The position numbers were made by a program, and so were the translations under genes. The notes beneath the pieces were generated by a model that saw only the letters and a program-made list of their open reading frames with translations, searched no databases and had not been told where the DNA came from. Of a DNA stretch of 64,000 bases, positions 51,778 to 63,718 are shown piece by piece. This DNA is from Marsupella aquatica (taxonomy: Eukaryota; Plantae; Marchantiophyta): positions 21,675,455 through 21,739,454 of the forward strand of contig OZ316897.1 in assembly GCA_973895155.1 (NCBI GenBank), read 5' to 3'. Position 1 is the stretch's first letter; each line of letters opens with the position of its first letter.

Positions 51778-54700
51778 CTACAACTGCAAAACCTGCAAAG
51801 TAGCACGGTGTCTTGAGAAACTCTCCAAAGGAATCACTTTGGTAAAGGCATCAGCGGGATTGAGCTTTCCATCAATCTTGACTAGCTCAAAAGTTTTATC
51901 AGACACTGCTTGCCTGATAAAATGGTACCTGATATCAATGTGCTTCACCTTGCTATCCATCACCTGGTTAGCAGCCAAGTGAAGAGCACTCTAACTATCA
52001 CAGTTTAGAGTCATTTTTCCATGTTCTAAACCCATCTCCGCGATCAACTTATCCAACCAAATTGCTTCCTTTGCAGCTTCTGCTGCTGCAACATACTCTA
52101 CTTCTGTAGTAGACTGAGATATGCACTTTTGCAAGGTAGATTTCCAACTGATACATCCTCCTCCAAGAGTGTATACAAACCCAGTTGTAGATCTCCTTGT
52201 ATCCAGACAGCCTCCATAGTCAGAATCTACATAGCCAACTAACGTTCTATTTGATCTATTATCAAATAGTAATCCATAGTCCTGTGTTCCCTTCACATAC
52301 CTGAGAATCCATTTCACAGCTTCCCAATGTAGCTTCCCTGGATTTGACATGAATCTGCTAACCTTGCCCATCGCTAGGGCCAAGTCAGGCCTAGTACAAG
52401 TCATCAAATACATCAGACTGCCTACTGCCTTCTCATAAGGAATCTTAGCCATCAGACCTTTCTCCACAGCATCCGTAGGAGAGAAAGCCGATGATAACTT
52501 GAAATGTGAAGCTAAAGGAATACTCACTGGCTTACAGTTCTCCATGTTGAATCGTGCAAGTACTTTCCTCGCATACTAGCCTTGACTCAAGCACAACTGT
52601 CCAGTCTCAGAGTTCCTAAAAATCTCCATCCCTAAGATCCTCTTGGCCTTACCAAGATCCTTCATCCTGAATTCAACGCTCAATTTCGCCTTGAGACTGT
52701 CAACCTCAGATTGATCTTTAGCCACAATTAGCATGTCATCCACATAGATCACCAGAATGATGAAACCAAATACATCATTCTTTACTGATTTCGCATACAC
52801 ACAAGGATCATACACCATCCTTGTGAAACCTTGAGCAAGCATGAAATCATCAAACTGTTTATTCCATTGTCTGGGAGACTGCTTCAATCCATACAAGGAT
52901 TTGAGCAATCTGCAAACTAAGTTCTCTTGGCCCTTCTTCATAAAGCCTAGTGGCTGTCTCATGAAGATCATCTCTTCCAAGTTGCCATAGAGAAAAGCAG
53001 TAACAACATCCATCTGATCCATCACCAGATTAAAAAATACAACAAGCTGACACAAGATCCAAATTGTGGAATACTTAGCCACCGGTGAAAAGACCTCATT
53101 GTAATCCACTCCTTTCTCCTGAGTGAACCCCTTGGCAACAAGCCTTGCCTTGTAGATCTTATCTCCACCCTCTGAAGGACTGTCCTTCAACTTGTAAATC
53201 CACTTGCTGTCCACCACTTGTTGACCTCTTGGAAGCTCCACCAGCTCCCATGTCTTGTTGTCACTCAAAGATTGCAACTCCCTCTGCATTGCTGCATTCC
53301 ACTCATGCTTTTGTTCTGAAGCACAAGCCTCACTATACGAAGAAGGCTCTCCTTCTTCCAAGATCAAAGCCATATCATCTTCATTAGGTGTAATGTCAAT
53401 ATCATCTAGCTTAGATGAGTCTGCCCATTGACCATACCTGGTAGGAGCTCTAGTAGAACGACTGGAAGTTCTTCTAGTAGATGACTCAGGCTGATTTGTT
53501 GCTGCTGTTGGTTGAATTTGAGGTACCCCAGCAACAATTTACTCCTCTTGTTCCATCACAGGAACCAGCTCCAAGCCCGGAGCTTCTCCATCTCTCCTGT
53601 CATGAATTGCATCATGACTAATCTCCCCCTCAACCCGGTCCGGGATGGGAGATTTCCCCTTGTCAGTATGGGAGTCCTGAGAACTCTCCCCCTCCTTTGA
53701 TGATCTGGATTCATTAAAGGACACATCTCTACTGACAATTAGCTTACAGGTTATTGGATCCCATAACCTATAATCCTTCACACCTTTCTGATAACCAAGG
53801 AAAATACACTTCTTCGACTTGGACTCCAGCTTGGATCGAAGCTGGGAAGGTGTAAGCACATAAGCATCACATCCAAAAATCCTCAGATGTGAGTAATCTG
53901 CTAGACGCCCGTACCTCATTTCAAATGGCGTCTTGAATCCAATAGAACTGGATCGAGAAAAATTTACCAAATAAGCTACAGTGTTGACAGCTTCAGCCCA
54001 AAACTCATGTGGTAAGCATGATTGACTCAACATACTTCTCGAGTGGTCCAATAGTGTTCGGTTGAGTCTCTCAGAAACACCATTCTGCTGAGGAGTATAG
54101 CTTGTTGTGAGATGGGGGGTAATCCCCTGCTCCTTACAATACATTCCAAATTCACCGGAACTGTATTCACCACCATTATCCGATCGAAGATATCTCACCT
54201 TATTACCAGTCTGATTTTCAACTTGGGCTTTCCACTCCTTAAAAGTGGCAAAAACATCAGACTCATTGTGTAGAAAGTATATCCACACATACCTTGAGTA
54301 ATCGTCAATGAACGTGACATAGTATAACCGTCCAGAATGTGAGGGAGTAGGGGCGGGACCCCACACATCACTATGTACATACTCAAGTACCTCCTTGCTG
54401 GTGTGAGTTCCAACTCCGAAGGGTTTCCTGTGCTGCTTCCCTAGCACACAGTGCTCACAAAATTCCAACTTACAAGATTGCAAATTAGAAAGTAATCCTT
54501 TCTTCTGAAGAATAACCAAACCTTTTTCACTCATGTGGCCCAAACGGAAGTGCCACAGCCGGGCCGTCTCCTCGTGAGATAAGGTTACATTGGCTTCATC
54601 ATAGATTACACTGCCCTCCATAACGTATAGATTGCAATGTCTCTTTCCCTTCAATACAATTTTAGTACCAGTTGAAACCTGAAGGACACCATTAGCAGAA

Positions 54701-56060
54701 CTCCACTGATGGCCATTTGCCTCTAAAACTCCAAGTGAAATGAGATTTTTCATCATGCTGGGAATATGTCTCACATTCCTCAATGTTCTCACAGCACCAT
54801 CAAACATCTGAAATCTTACAGATCCAAGTCCAACAACTTGACATGGGATTCCATTTCCCATCAACACTGACCCGTTGGAAACCGTGTAAGAACTGAAACA
54901 ATCTCTTCTAGAGCAAATGTGAAAAGTACATGCACTATCTAGAATCCAGTCATCACTACCTGGATTTGACACTATGTTGAGAGCATAACCTTGACATCAC
55001 AATATGTCATCATCATCGAGTAAATCTACCTCATGCGAGCTCGATGCTGCGTTAGTAGAGGCAGTAGGGACCTTTACTCGACAATCCCTTTTCATGTGGC
55101 CTGGCTTGCCACAATTCCAACATGCAAGAGGCTTCCTTTCTTGCGATTTTCCTCTGGATTTAGATCTCCCCGTGATGTAGATCTAAACCTGTTCTGCCCA
55201 TTCGTGCGCTGTGTTGCTCTTCCCTTGTTCACATTGAGCGCAGTGCCAGAAGAAGATGATGTCTGTGATTGACCCAACTTCTTCTGAGCATCATCAGATA
55301 GTAAAGAGCTTACCACCTCATTATACGAAATGGACTTCAGATCTCTATACAAGAGCACCTGTTTCAAGCCCTGATATGATGGTGGTAAGGAGCTTAGCAG
55401 AAGCAAGGCCTTATCCTCATCTTCAACTCTTTTTCCCAGGTTTGACAGATCAACCGCTAGACTGTCAAACTCATCCAGGTGATCCTGCATCTTGCTCCCT
55501 TCCTTGAGCCTGAGGCTCATCAAGAGAGACTTCTTGTACAGCCGATCTGATGCATCTTCCCGATAGTACTTCTCTCTTAGAGCTTTGAATAGTGACGCGC
55601 AATGTGCATAATCATCCAGTTGCTTGATGATGTGCGGCTTGAGATATAGCATCACTGCATTGACAGCAATCACCTGCTCCTGTCTCCATTGCCTCACTGA
55701 AATCTCCTCCTCTCCATCATATTGCTCTCGCGATGAAAGCAGATGAGCTAAGCCCATGGCCCGTAGAACACCCTTCACTTGCTTCTCCCAGAGCAAGTAA
55801 TCACTACGACCATCGTACTTCTCCACCTCAAACTTCACTCCTCCAAATCTAGCCATCTCCCTCTTCTTCCCTACTACCGACAGCTCTGGTAGTAACACAG
55901 CTTCATCCACTGCACGCCGCACCGGTGATCGTACCGGTGTTATAAGTTCCTCCTCAAACGGTAGCAACTCCTCCTCAGACTCTCCCTCTGACCGTCGCGA
56001 TCCTGAAGCTCCACCGACGCCAATTCTTCCAGTATCCTCCGAGTCACTCATATGAAACAA
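51778..56060 (-). pseudogene. Copia gag-pol polyprotein, disrupted
   Basis: Gag KFEVEKYDG, protease WILDSACTFH, LWHFRLGH, integrase VHSDVWG/LRSDNGGEY/QQNGVSER, RT YKARLVAKG/QMDV/YVDD, RNase H GYVDSDY..D, KHIDIRYHFIR. Stops at ~52576 and ~51991 and a frameshift at ~55110. Confidence 0.95.
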
Positions 56061-56669
56061 TCATGAAAAAATGTCTTTTTTTGAAACTTCTCATAAAACT
56101 CAAAACTCAACACCGCCGCGTAGCCCACGAAGCTAGGAGTCCAATACTGAAAGCCAAAATCAATATCAAAATTCGACAGAAAAGTTATTCAAATTTCGGT
56201 CGGGGTGGGTAAAACCTTGGGAAACTCCCCCATTTTGACCACCTCGGAGAATAACCAAAATACCAAGTACAACCTGTCGTCGGAATCGCGATGTGATCGG
56301 TGCGCCGCGTTGCTAACTCCAGTGGCAACGTCCTCACCAAAAAAGAACCAAAAAAGTTACCGTGCGGCGGACGAAATCTTTGTGTGACGGCTGAAAAACA
56401 GCTCTCTGTTTTTCAGGAATATTCTCGCACAGTCCAACAAGACTCACAGGGGGCCGTTCCCCCTGTCGAAGCGGTTAAAACGAAGGGTCACAGGGTCCGG
56501 GATGAGGCACAACCAATGAGGAGGAGAGAAAAAAATTTCAGAAAAACTCACTCTAAAGGGGTCTTAAAGCCCCTGGCAAATGCGCGCATATTCGCGGCCA
56601 GAATTGCATATAAACAGCAAAAAACGGGTTTAAAGGGGTCAAAACGCACGTATTTTCGCGTTTTTGGGC

Positions 56670-58623
56670 CGTTCTATAGGATCTGGATTCCTCACTTTGC
56701 ACATATTGCTGATCCTTTGTACGGATTATTGAGGAAGAATGCGCACTTTATTTGGACAGAGGCACATAAGGAGGCTATGCAAAGGTTAAAGGAGGCCTTA
56801 CTTAGCCTCCTTGTTTTACGTCCCTTATGCTATGATGGAAGACCCATCATTGTCACTGTAGATTCAAGTCCTGATGCTGCTGGATGGGCGGTAGGGCAGG
56901 ATGATGAGGAGGGGAGAAGATTTGCAGCAAGGTTTGGAGCTAAGATCTTTTCAGCAAGGCAAAGGCATTACCCTCAAATCAAGCGAGAGTTGTGGGGAGC
57001 AAGGATAGCCTTGTGTCAAGAAAAAGTCTACTTGATTGGAGCACAAGTCATTCTTGAGATTGATTGTTTACCACTTTTAGGGATGATTGCTAACTGTGAT
57101 ACTCCAGACATTGCTATGCTACGTGGATAGCTTTTATTAGGATGATCAACCCCGAGCTTCGACACATTGCTGGAAAAGATAATTCAGTAGCAGATATGCT
57201 TTCAAGAGCCCGCTATGATCAGAATGAAGTGGAGGCAGTTCAAGTGATGAATGGAGAGTTTGAGGTCTTAACATTTCGAGAGAAGCTCTATTCTGGAGAG
57301 TTGCTCTTGATTGGAAGGTACCTTAGTACTCTTCAAAGGCCTGTTGAAATGATAGAAGAGAAGTTTCAACAATTACGGAAGAAGGCTTACAAGTTCATGC
57401 TCAAGGATGGTGTTTTATGGAGAAGGTCTTTGAAGAAAGGACATGTTCCTTGTAGAGTTCTTGATACAGATGAAGAGAAGAAGAGAGTCTTATGGGATTC
57501 TCATGATGTTGTTGAAGCAGGACATCGAGGAGTTAGAGCTACCTATGAGTGGGTTCAAAGGTGGTACTGGTGGTCAGGCATGTATGTGGATGTAAAATCC
57601 TATGTTGGATCTTGTGAAAGTTGTCAGTATTACTCTAAAGTTCGGTTTAGAGATGGACTTAATCCCACTAGTCCTCTTTCTTTACATTTTCAATGGGCAG
57701 TAGATGTGGTGCACATGCCACGGGGAATAAGGGGGGCAAAGTATCTTGTCCTTGCAAGAGAAGATTTATCTTCTTATGTTGAAGGAAGGGCTTTAACCGC
57801 TAACACTACAGAAGCAGTATGCAGGTTCATACTTGAAGACGTTATAGCACGTCATGGTTGTTTTGTGCAAATGAGAGCAGATAGAGGAGAGCTGAATTCT
57901 GAAGAGGCTGCAGAATTTTTCGACCGGTTCAACATCAAGCTTAAACTCACTACTGCCTACAACCCAGAAGGAAATGGAAAGATTGAGCGAGGGCACCCAC
58001 CGATAGTGAATGCCTTGGTAAAATCTTGTCGAGGAAAACCATCGCTTTGGCCCAATCTTCTACCATTTGCTCTTTTGGCAGATCGAATGACATGCACTAC
58101 CACAACAAGAATTACGCCTGCCGAATTAGTCTCTGGACATTTGCCTTTGATGCTGATTGAGGAAAATGTTCAGAGTTGGAGGATGATTGAATGGCAAGAT
58201 AGAATCTCCCGAGAAAAGTTGCTGGAGCGAAGGATTGAGCACTTTAGCCAGACCAAGGAGAAGATTGAGGAGGCGTTACTAAGGCTAAAGGAGGCTCGTG
58301 AGAAGAATAAGGAACGATTTGACAAGACCCATCGTTTGAGACCAATTCCCATCCAGAATGGAGATTGGGTCTTGATCTATGAGGGAGGGTTGGAACAGCA
58401 ACATTCTACTCTAAAGAAGTTTGTACGTCGTTGGAGAGGACCATTTGTGGTGGAGGAGGTTCGTCCTAATGCAACATATGTGGTAAGAGAACTTGATGGA
58501 GCAATTCATCGTAATCCCTATGCAGGGAAGCGAGTGAAATTGTTTAAACGACGAACTCGATTTGTGACAGAGAAAGAATTTGAACCCGACGACTATGAGG
58601 CTTTAGATGAAGAAGACATGTAA
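56670..58623 (+). pseudogene. Ty3/gypsy pol 3' part (RT connection, RNase H, integrase), 5'-truncated, 1-nt frameshift at ~57123
   Basis: FYRIWIPHFAHIADPLY.LLRK, IVTVDSS, H.AGKDN.VADMLSR, integrase HHCC (H....GH...C..C), AVDVVHM, ADRGE, YNPEGNGKIER, and GPY/F motif WRGPFVV. Confidence 0.93.
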
Positions 58624-58676
58624 CGATTCTAGGTGTGGTGCATACCGGAGGATGCACAGGTTTGGTAGGGGTGATG

Positions 58677-59815
58677 TGTCGTGATTTTCTCTTAAGTTAT
58701 AAAAAATTGTTTGTTTTAATATGCTATAGATTATATAAGTAATTTAGTAGTTAGATTATTAAATTTAAACTTTATTAAACTTCTTTAGCTATATTAACGG
58801 ACTATAGAAGTTCCACCAATGCATGTGAGTAGTTCCACCAACTACAATAATATTCACCAACGCATAGTGGTTCTACCAACGCACAGTAGTTCTACCAGCG
58901 CATAGTAGTTCTACCAACGCATAGTAGGTCCACCAACGCATAGTAATTCCACCAACGCATGGTAGTTCCACCTACTAAAAGTAGTTTCACCAACTATGAA
59001 TAGTACTAGCACACTCTTAGGTATTAGATGTTTGACACTTGGCCTTCATCCAAGTGCTTGGGCTTGATCCATGCCCTCTTGGTGTGCACTATAAATAAAG
59101 TGGTGAGGGGCACTCTCCCCTCATTCCGCAGTGTTTATCATTCAAGGTTGTGAAGCTCTTTTGTGCCTTGAACATAGTAGTGGGGCGTCCTTTGGCCCGG
59201 ATAGCAAAGGAATGAGTGGTAGACTTATAGATGGGACCTTAGGGAATAAGGTTTCTTTGGGAATATAGGGGTGGGGTGTCCTTTGGCCCGGATAGCAAAG
59301 GAATAGGAGAGTCATCATGAATCCAAGAGAGAGAGTTATCCCTGATCTTCCCCTTCGTAATCCGTTTTTGATTAGAGTCCATCTTTTAGACAAACCATCT
59401 ATAAGGCAACATCTAACCCATCATTTTGGAGCTCAGTTTGCAACTGCGGTTATGGTTTCTAACGAGCCAATAATATACCCAGTGGTGTCGTACCGAGAGG
59501 AGTGGGAGTGCATCATCTTTGTCCTTTATTGAAGTCATGGATCTGAATAGGAGTCCGGATGATATTCCTGTTTCATTTTCTCTTGGAGATATTAGAATCA
59601 TATGTCGTAAGAAAACTAATTTTCGTGATGTGTTGGTCCGCAAGTATGGTGAAGTAGGGTTTAACAGTATTTTAATTTCACCTGAACCTTTCTTAATACC
59701 CACTACCCTTGTTACTAAAATTATCATTTTGATTTTAGTGTAGAACTTATGAGCATGCAAGGTTAACTTCAAAAGAGCCAACATGCTCTTGCCAGAAAAT
59801 ACGGTCACCCGGACA
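58677..59815 (+). mobile_element. Gypsy LTR (~1.14 kb)
   Basis: Follows the purine tract GGTAGGGGTGA. Termini TGTC...GACA. ~20-bp TTCyACCAACGCATAGTAG repeats at 58810-59000. TATA CTATAAATAAAG at ~59089. Followed by PBS-like TGGCAACCATACTGGGGA at 59820. Homology with the inverted copy at 62647 ends exactly at this CA. Confidence 0.82.
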
Positions 59816-59960
59816 TAAGTGGCAACCATACTGGGGAACCGCTGGATTTGGAAGTTAGCTTGTGCATGTTTGAGTTCTAATGGATGAAGAGAGATATGGT
59901 TTTGGAACTTTGAGTTCTTAACTTGTTTATATTATTAAGTCAAGAGGGAAGAATTGCAAT

Positions 59961-60445
59961 CATGGGAACTGAGATGAATCCAACTGACATGGAGAGGTTT
60001 TCATCATTGATTGCTGCTTACTTACATGGAATGAAGGAGAAGGAGATGGAGGAGAACAAGAAGGAGTTGCTTGGTAGGACCACGAAGTACCTACACTCGG
60101 TTCTTACCAAGCAAGGAGAATTTGATGGGCGAAATGTAACCAAGTATCTCAAGGGGTACTGGACGGAGGCTACAATTCATAAGATTGATGCAGAAGTTGC
60201 AGTCAAGGAGTTTGTATCTTTAGTAGAACCTGAACTCAAGGGAATTGTTACTACCTTGATAGATGGAGCTACTGGGGAGAAAGCATGGAAGGTCTTTGAG
60301 TTGAAGATGAAAGAAGAATTTCAGTTTGAAGATCCAGATCGGGTTACTCAAGCATCTTTCCTTGATTGGGTGGCCGATAGAAGCAAGAAGTTGGGACCTC
60401 AAGAAGTGGAACTGATAAGGGAGTTTACGAAGAAGTTCTTCACGG
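59961..60445 (+). pseudogene. Gypsy gag N-terminal fragment
   Basis: Downstream of the LTR and PBS. GEFDGRNVTKYLKGY...W..FELKMKEEF is gag-like. The ORF ends abruptly at a junction near 60445. Confidence 0.7.
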
Positions 60446-60549
60446 ACGTCTATCGTCGATGAGATTTGGAAGAAGGACCTTTACACCGAGGAGAAACTCG
60501 TTCGGAATAGGTGGTACTTTAGGGATGCCCGGGCGATGGATAAAACTTG

Positions 60550-61180
60550 TAATGCAGGTGTAGAGGCTGGAATTTGGGAAAAGCCAAATGTACATGCTCA
60601 TCCTTCAGGGAATCGATTAGCTTGGGCTTTTGAAAATTGGTCAATCGGATATTATCACGAGAGTGGTATTAGGACCAGAGACATGTACAATTTTGAACAT
60701 GATGAGAAAAGGGTAAACATCATAAAAGTCCCTTGTGTTACAAAGAAATGTGTAACACCATTGGGGGAAATAGTGAACCCTTACCAGAAGCCGATAGCTC
60801 TAGCAGATTGGTTCATTCAATATTTTAGTGAAGCCGGGGATTGGGTTGCTGATTTATGTGCGGGGAGTGGTTCGACCTCATGCGCTGCCTTGTTAGGGAA
60901 ACGTCCGGTGACAGCCGTGGAGCTCAGTTCAAGCCAGGTGGATTGTATCCAGACTCGACTTGTCACGCTGGATGAATCGTGGGACTTGAATGATGAAGCA
61001 ACAGAGGAGGGTACAGGACCCATGAGCTTCGAGGTTCAACCACCTATTGGTGGTATTACGAGCACCCTGACCACTGGAACTTGCATCATTACAACCGCGG
61101 AGGAGAACGACAATGATGAGGATGAAGAGGATGAAGTTGAACATGAAGCTCCGGCACTTGATCTTGGCTCATTCCTTGAG
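60550..61180 (+). pseudogene. Beta-class N4-cytosine/N6-adenine DNA methyltransferase (N6_N4_Mtase), C-terminal two-thirds
   Basis: GIWEKPN..SGNRLAWAFENW, motif X NPYQKPIAL (60776-), GDWVADLCAGSGSTSCAA (motif I, 60851-60877), then VTAVELS...I..RL and an acidic tail. Catalytic motif IV (DPPY/SPPY) is absent; it would lie upstream, where a gag junction now sits. Confidence 0.8.
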
Positions 61181-61298
61181 GTGTAGACTTTAGTTTCATT
61201 AGTTCTCTCATGTTGTATCGATTGATCCAAACTTGTGAAATATTGAGGAAGATTATGATTGGACTATGTTCTTATTTCACAAAGTAATGTCTTTGCAG

Positions 61299-61526
61299 GA
61301 ACCAAAGGAGGATTTTGTATTGAAACATGTTCTACATAGATTCTCACACAATCCTTCTAGTGGGTTTCTTTTGGACAATAAAATATTGAGCCAACTTGAA
61401 CCCGATCAATATTTGGGTGATGAAATAATGGAATTTTATCCACAATTAATAACCGAGGAACATGGAGATCTGGCTCCCCCAGTAAACACATTATCCTCCA
61501 AGTTCTCGGCAATATATTGTTATTAG
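61299..61526 (+). pseudogene. Ulp1/SENP (peptidase C48)-like N-terminal exon, truncated
   Basis: ILSQLEPDQYLGDEIMEFY..LI........V..LSSKF matches the start of the C48 fold (L..L.p..wL.DevInFY...ffsSfF). Preceded by acceptor TTTGCAG (ending 61298). The catalytic His-Asp-Cys region is missing. Confidence 0.62.
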
Positions 61527-61529
61527 GTC

Positions 61530-61990
61530 ATGGCAAATTGCAAATAGATTTGATAATAGGGCATTGTTTGCCTTGTGTTTTGCCTAAAGATTCATCAATG
61601 CTAAGATAGTAGAGAGTCTATTCAAACGAGCACCCCCATAAATAGGTGTTCTAGCATGTGCCTTCGCTTCTTCCCATTGTTGTTGACCCTCTGATGTATG
61701 TTGAGGTTGGGGATCATATGCAGCATTTGGTGGAGGAGCTCCTTCATTGGGTGGTCCATGTCCTTCACCATCAACGTCCACACCAAACCAATCTTTCATG
61801 ATGTCATCCATGGCTATCTCCTGGTCCTACATGATCTCATAATCTGTCCTAGGTGCCCTTTCATCCAAACCCTCAATGTCACTGTCACTGATAATGATAT
61901 GAATTTATTATAATAGGTTTAAATGCCATAGACACTTACAATTTTCAGTTTAGTCCAAGACAATCTTGCTCCCCTCCATGCAAAGAACCC
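61530..61990 (-). pseudogene. Third CACTA Tnp2 N-terminal remnant
   Basis: CKCLW..., then EEAKAHARTPIYGGARLNRLSTILALMNL, parallel to EEATSPLYGGANCSKLGFIVMFLNI in the Tnp2 at ~46100. Confidence 0.7.
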
Positions 61991-62646
61991 AATCCCTGGG
62001 GAATCACTCGTTGGATTATTAGAACAGGGTGCGAACAAATGAAGGTTATTTTTAATCTTGTTAAAGTAATAATTATAATCAAAAATTTATACTAAAGGCA
62101 TTTAAAAATCCAATTTTGGTAAAAAAATTAGTTTTTATGTTCATGAAGGTATTTAAGAATTGTCAAAGTCATGTTATAAATGGTGTGAGATAAGGATGTT
62201 TATGAAGGAAGGGTTAACTAGCCATAAATTTGACTACTTCCTGAAATTGTTAGTATCGAAAATTTTTCTATTTAATTATGATTTGCAAACTTATGATGAA
62301 ACATCTAAAACAATATACCGAAATAATTTTTTTTCAGGATATAGATATCTAAAGAAAGCTAAGAGATGGAAAATACTCTATGATGCTAAGATATGGACAT
62401 TGTTATCCTCTATGTTGGAAACACGATATGCAATGGACTTGCTACCTAGAGGAATGAAAGAAAGTATTAAGAAATTAAGAAAATATCAACATAGTTTTGT
62501 TGAATTTCAAAAACAACATTTCAATACTTTCTTAATACCACGGTTGCAAAAAAATGGAGGTATTAAAATATTTGGGAAACATAATGAAGAAAATTGTAAG
62601 TCCTATGATGAGACATATTTGATATCAAGTTACATGAAAAAACCAC

Positions 62647-63320
62647 TGTCCGAGTGACCGTGTTTTTTGGTAAAAGCATGTTGGCTCTTATGAAGTCAAC
62701 CTTTCTTGCCCATAAGTTCTACACTAAAACCAAAATGATAACTCTTGTAAAAAGGGTGGTGGGTATTAAGAAAGGTTCAGGTGAAACTAATATACTATTA
62801 AATTCTACTTCACCATACTTACGGATCAACATATCTTGAAAACTAATTTTTTCACGACATACAATCCTAATATCTCCAAGAGAAAATGAAATAGGAATGT
62901 CATCTGGACTTCTATTTAGATCCATGACTTCAATAAAGGACAAAGATAATACATTCCCACTCCTCTCGGTAAGACACCACTGGGTACACTATTGGCTCAT
63001 TAGAACTCATAACAGCAATTGTAAATTGAGCTCCAAAGTGATAAGTTAAATGTTGTCTCATGGATGGCTTGTCTAAAAGATGGACTCTAACCAAAAATGG
63101 GTTACGAAAAGGAAGATTAGGGATATCTCTCACTTCTAAATTCATAATGATTTTCTTGTTCCTTTGCTATCCGGGCCAAATGATGTCTCACTACTATGTA
63201 CATAAGGCAAATAATAGAAGAGAAAGATGAGAGAAGACAAGAAAAGAAAATCGCTTTGAAGCAAAAATTATCAAAATGTGGGAATGAGGAGAGAGTGTCC
63301 CTCACCATTTTATTTATATT
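62647..63320 (-). mobile_element. Partial gypsy LTR, inverted, same family as 58677-59815
   Basis: Its reverse complement matches ~59089-59815 (TATA region to the terminal GGACA). The ORF track shows near-identical spurious peptides MSFIEVMDLNRSPDDIP in both copies. Confidence 0.88.
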
Positions 63321-63718
63321 GAATCCCTATCTTCCTCATTCTGGCTCCATTTGAGGAGCGCTGCCTCTTGTTGGAATCAGCTCCACGAGCTCTTTTCAAC
63401 AAGCCCATGAGTGCTCACTTTCAAAAATTTCAAAATCAAGAGGTCGTACAACCAAGGCCGTACGGCCACCCTAGTCCCCTCCTCGTCACTGACGGTGTCA
63501 TGACTTGAGCCCTGACGTGGTTAACCCATCACTCTCTTGAGTGAATACCACCCCGCTTCTCTTCTTCTTCACCGGGGTGCTCTTCTAACTAGTGTTCCCT
63601 TGCTTCCTCAATGCGGCCAAGGCTTGCCAAACTTTGACATACCCCTCACCAGTAGTGTCCTTCCACAAGGTAGCCTCCGCACCAGTTTGCAACTCCAACG
63701 ATAAAACCTGCCTGATGG

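Larger units (their letters stand above)
48766..56668 (-). mobile_element. Ty1/copia LTR retrotransposon, 5' LTR and PBS missing
   Basis: The 3' LTR is 48766-48976 plus 51461-51570 (TGTTG...TAACA), split by a nested insertion. PPT AAGGGGGAG on the minus strand at ~51572-51582. Domain order gag-PR-IN-RT-RH. Confidence 0.9.

Noticed and set aside
56300-57130. 276-aa ORF as a novel protein
   Set aside because: It is a chimera of antisense copia leader and gypsy RT/RNase H across a rearrangement junction.
59317-59829. Similar short ORFs here and at 62654-63145 suggesting a conserved gene
   Set aside because: Explained by two copies of the same LTR in opposite orientation. The reading frames are broken differently in each.
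60536-61186. Methyltransferase as bacterial contamination or a restriction-modification system
   Set aside because: No cognate endonuclease or operon structure. It is embedded among plant TEs and has a plausible spliceosomal intron, although read-level validation is still advisable.
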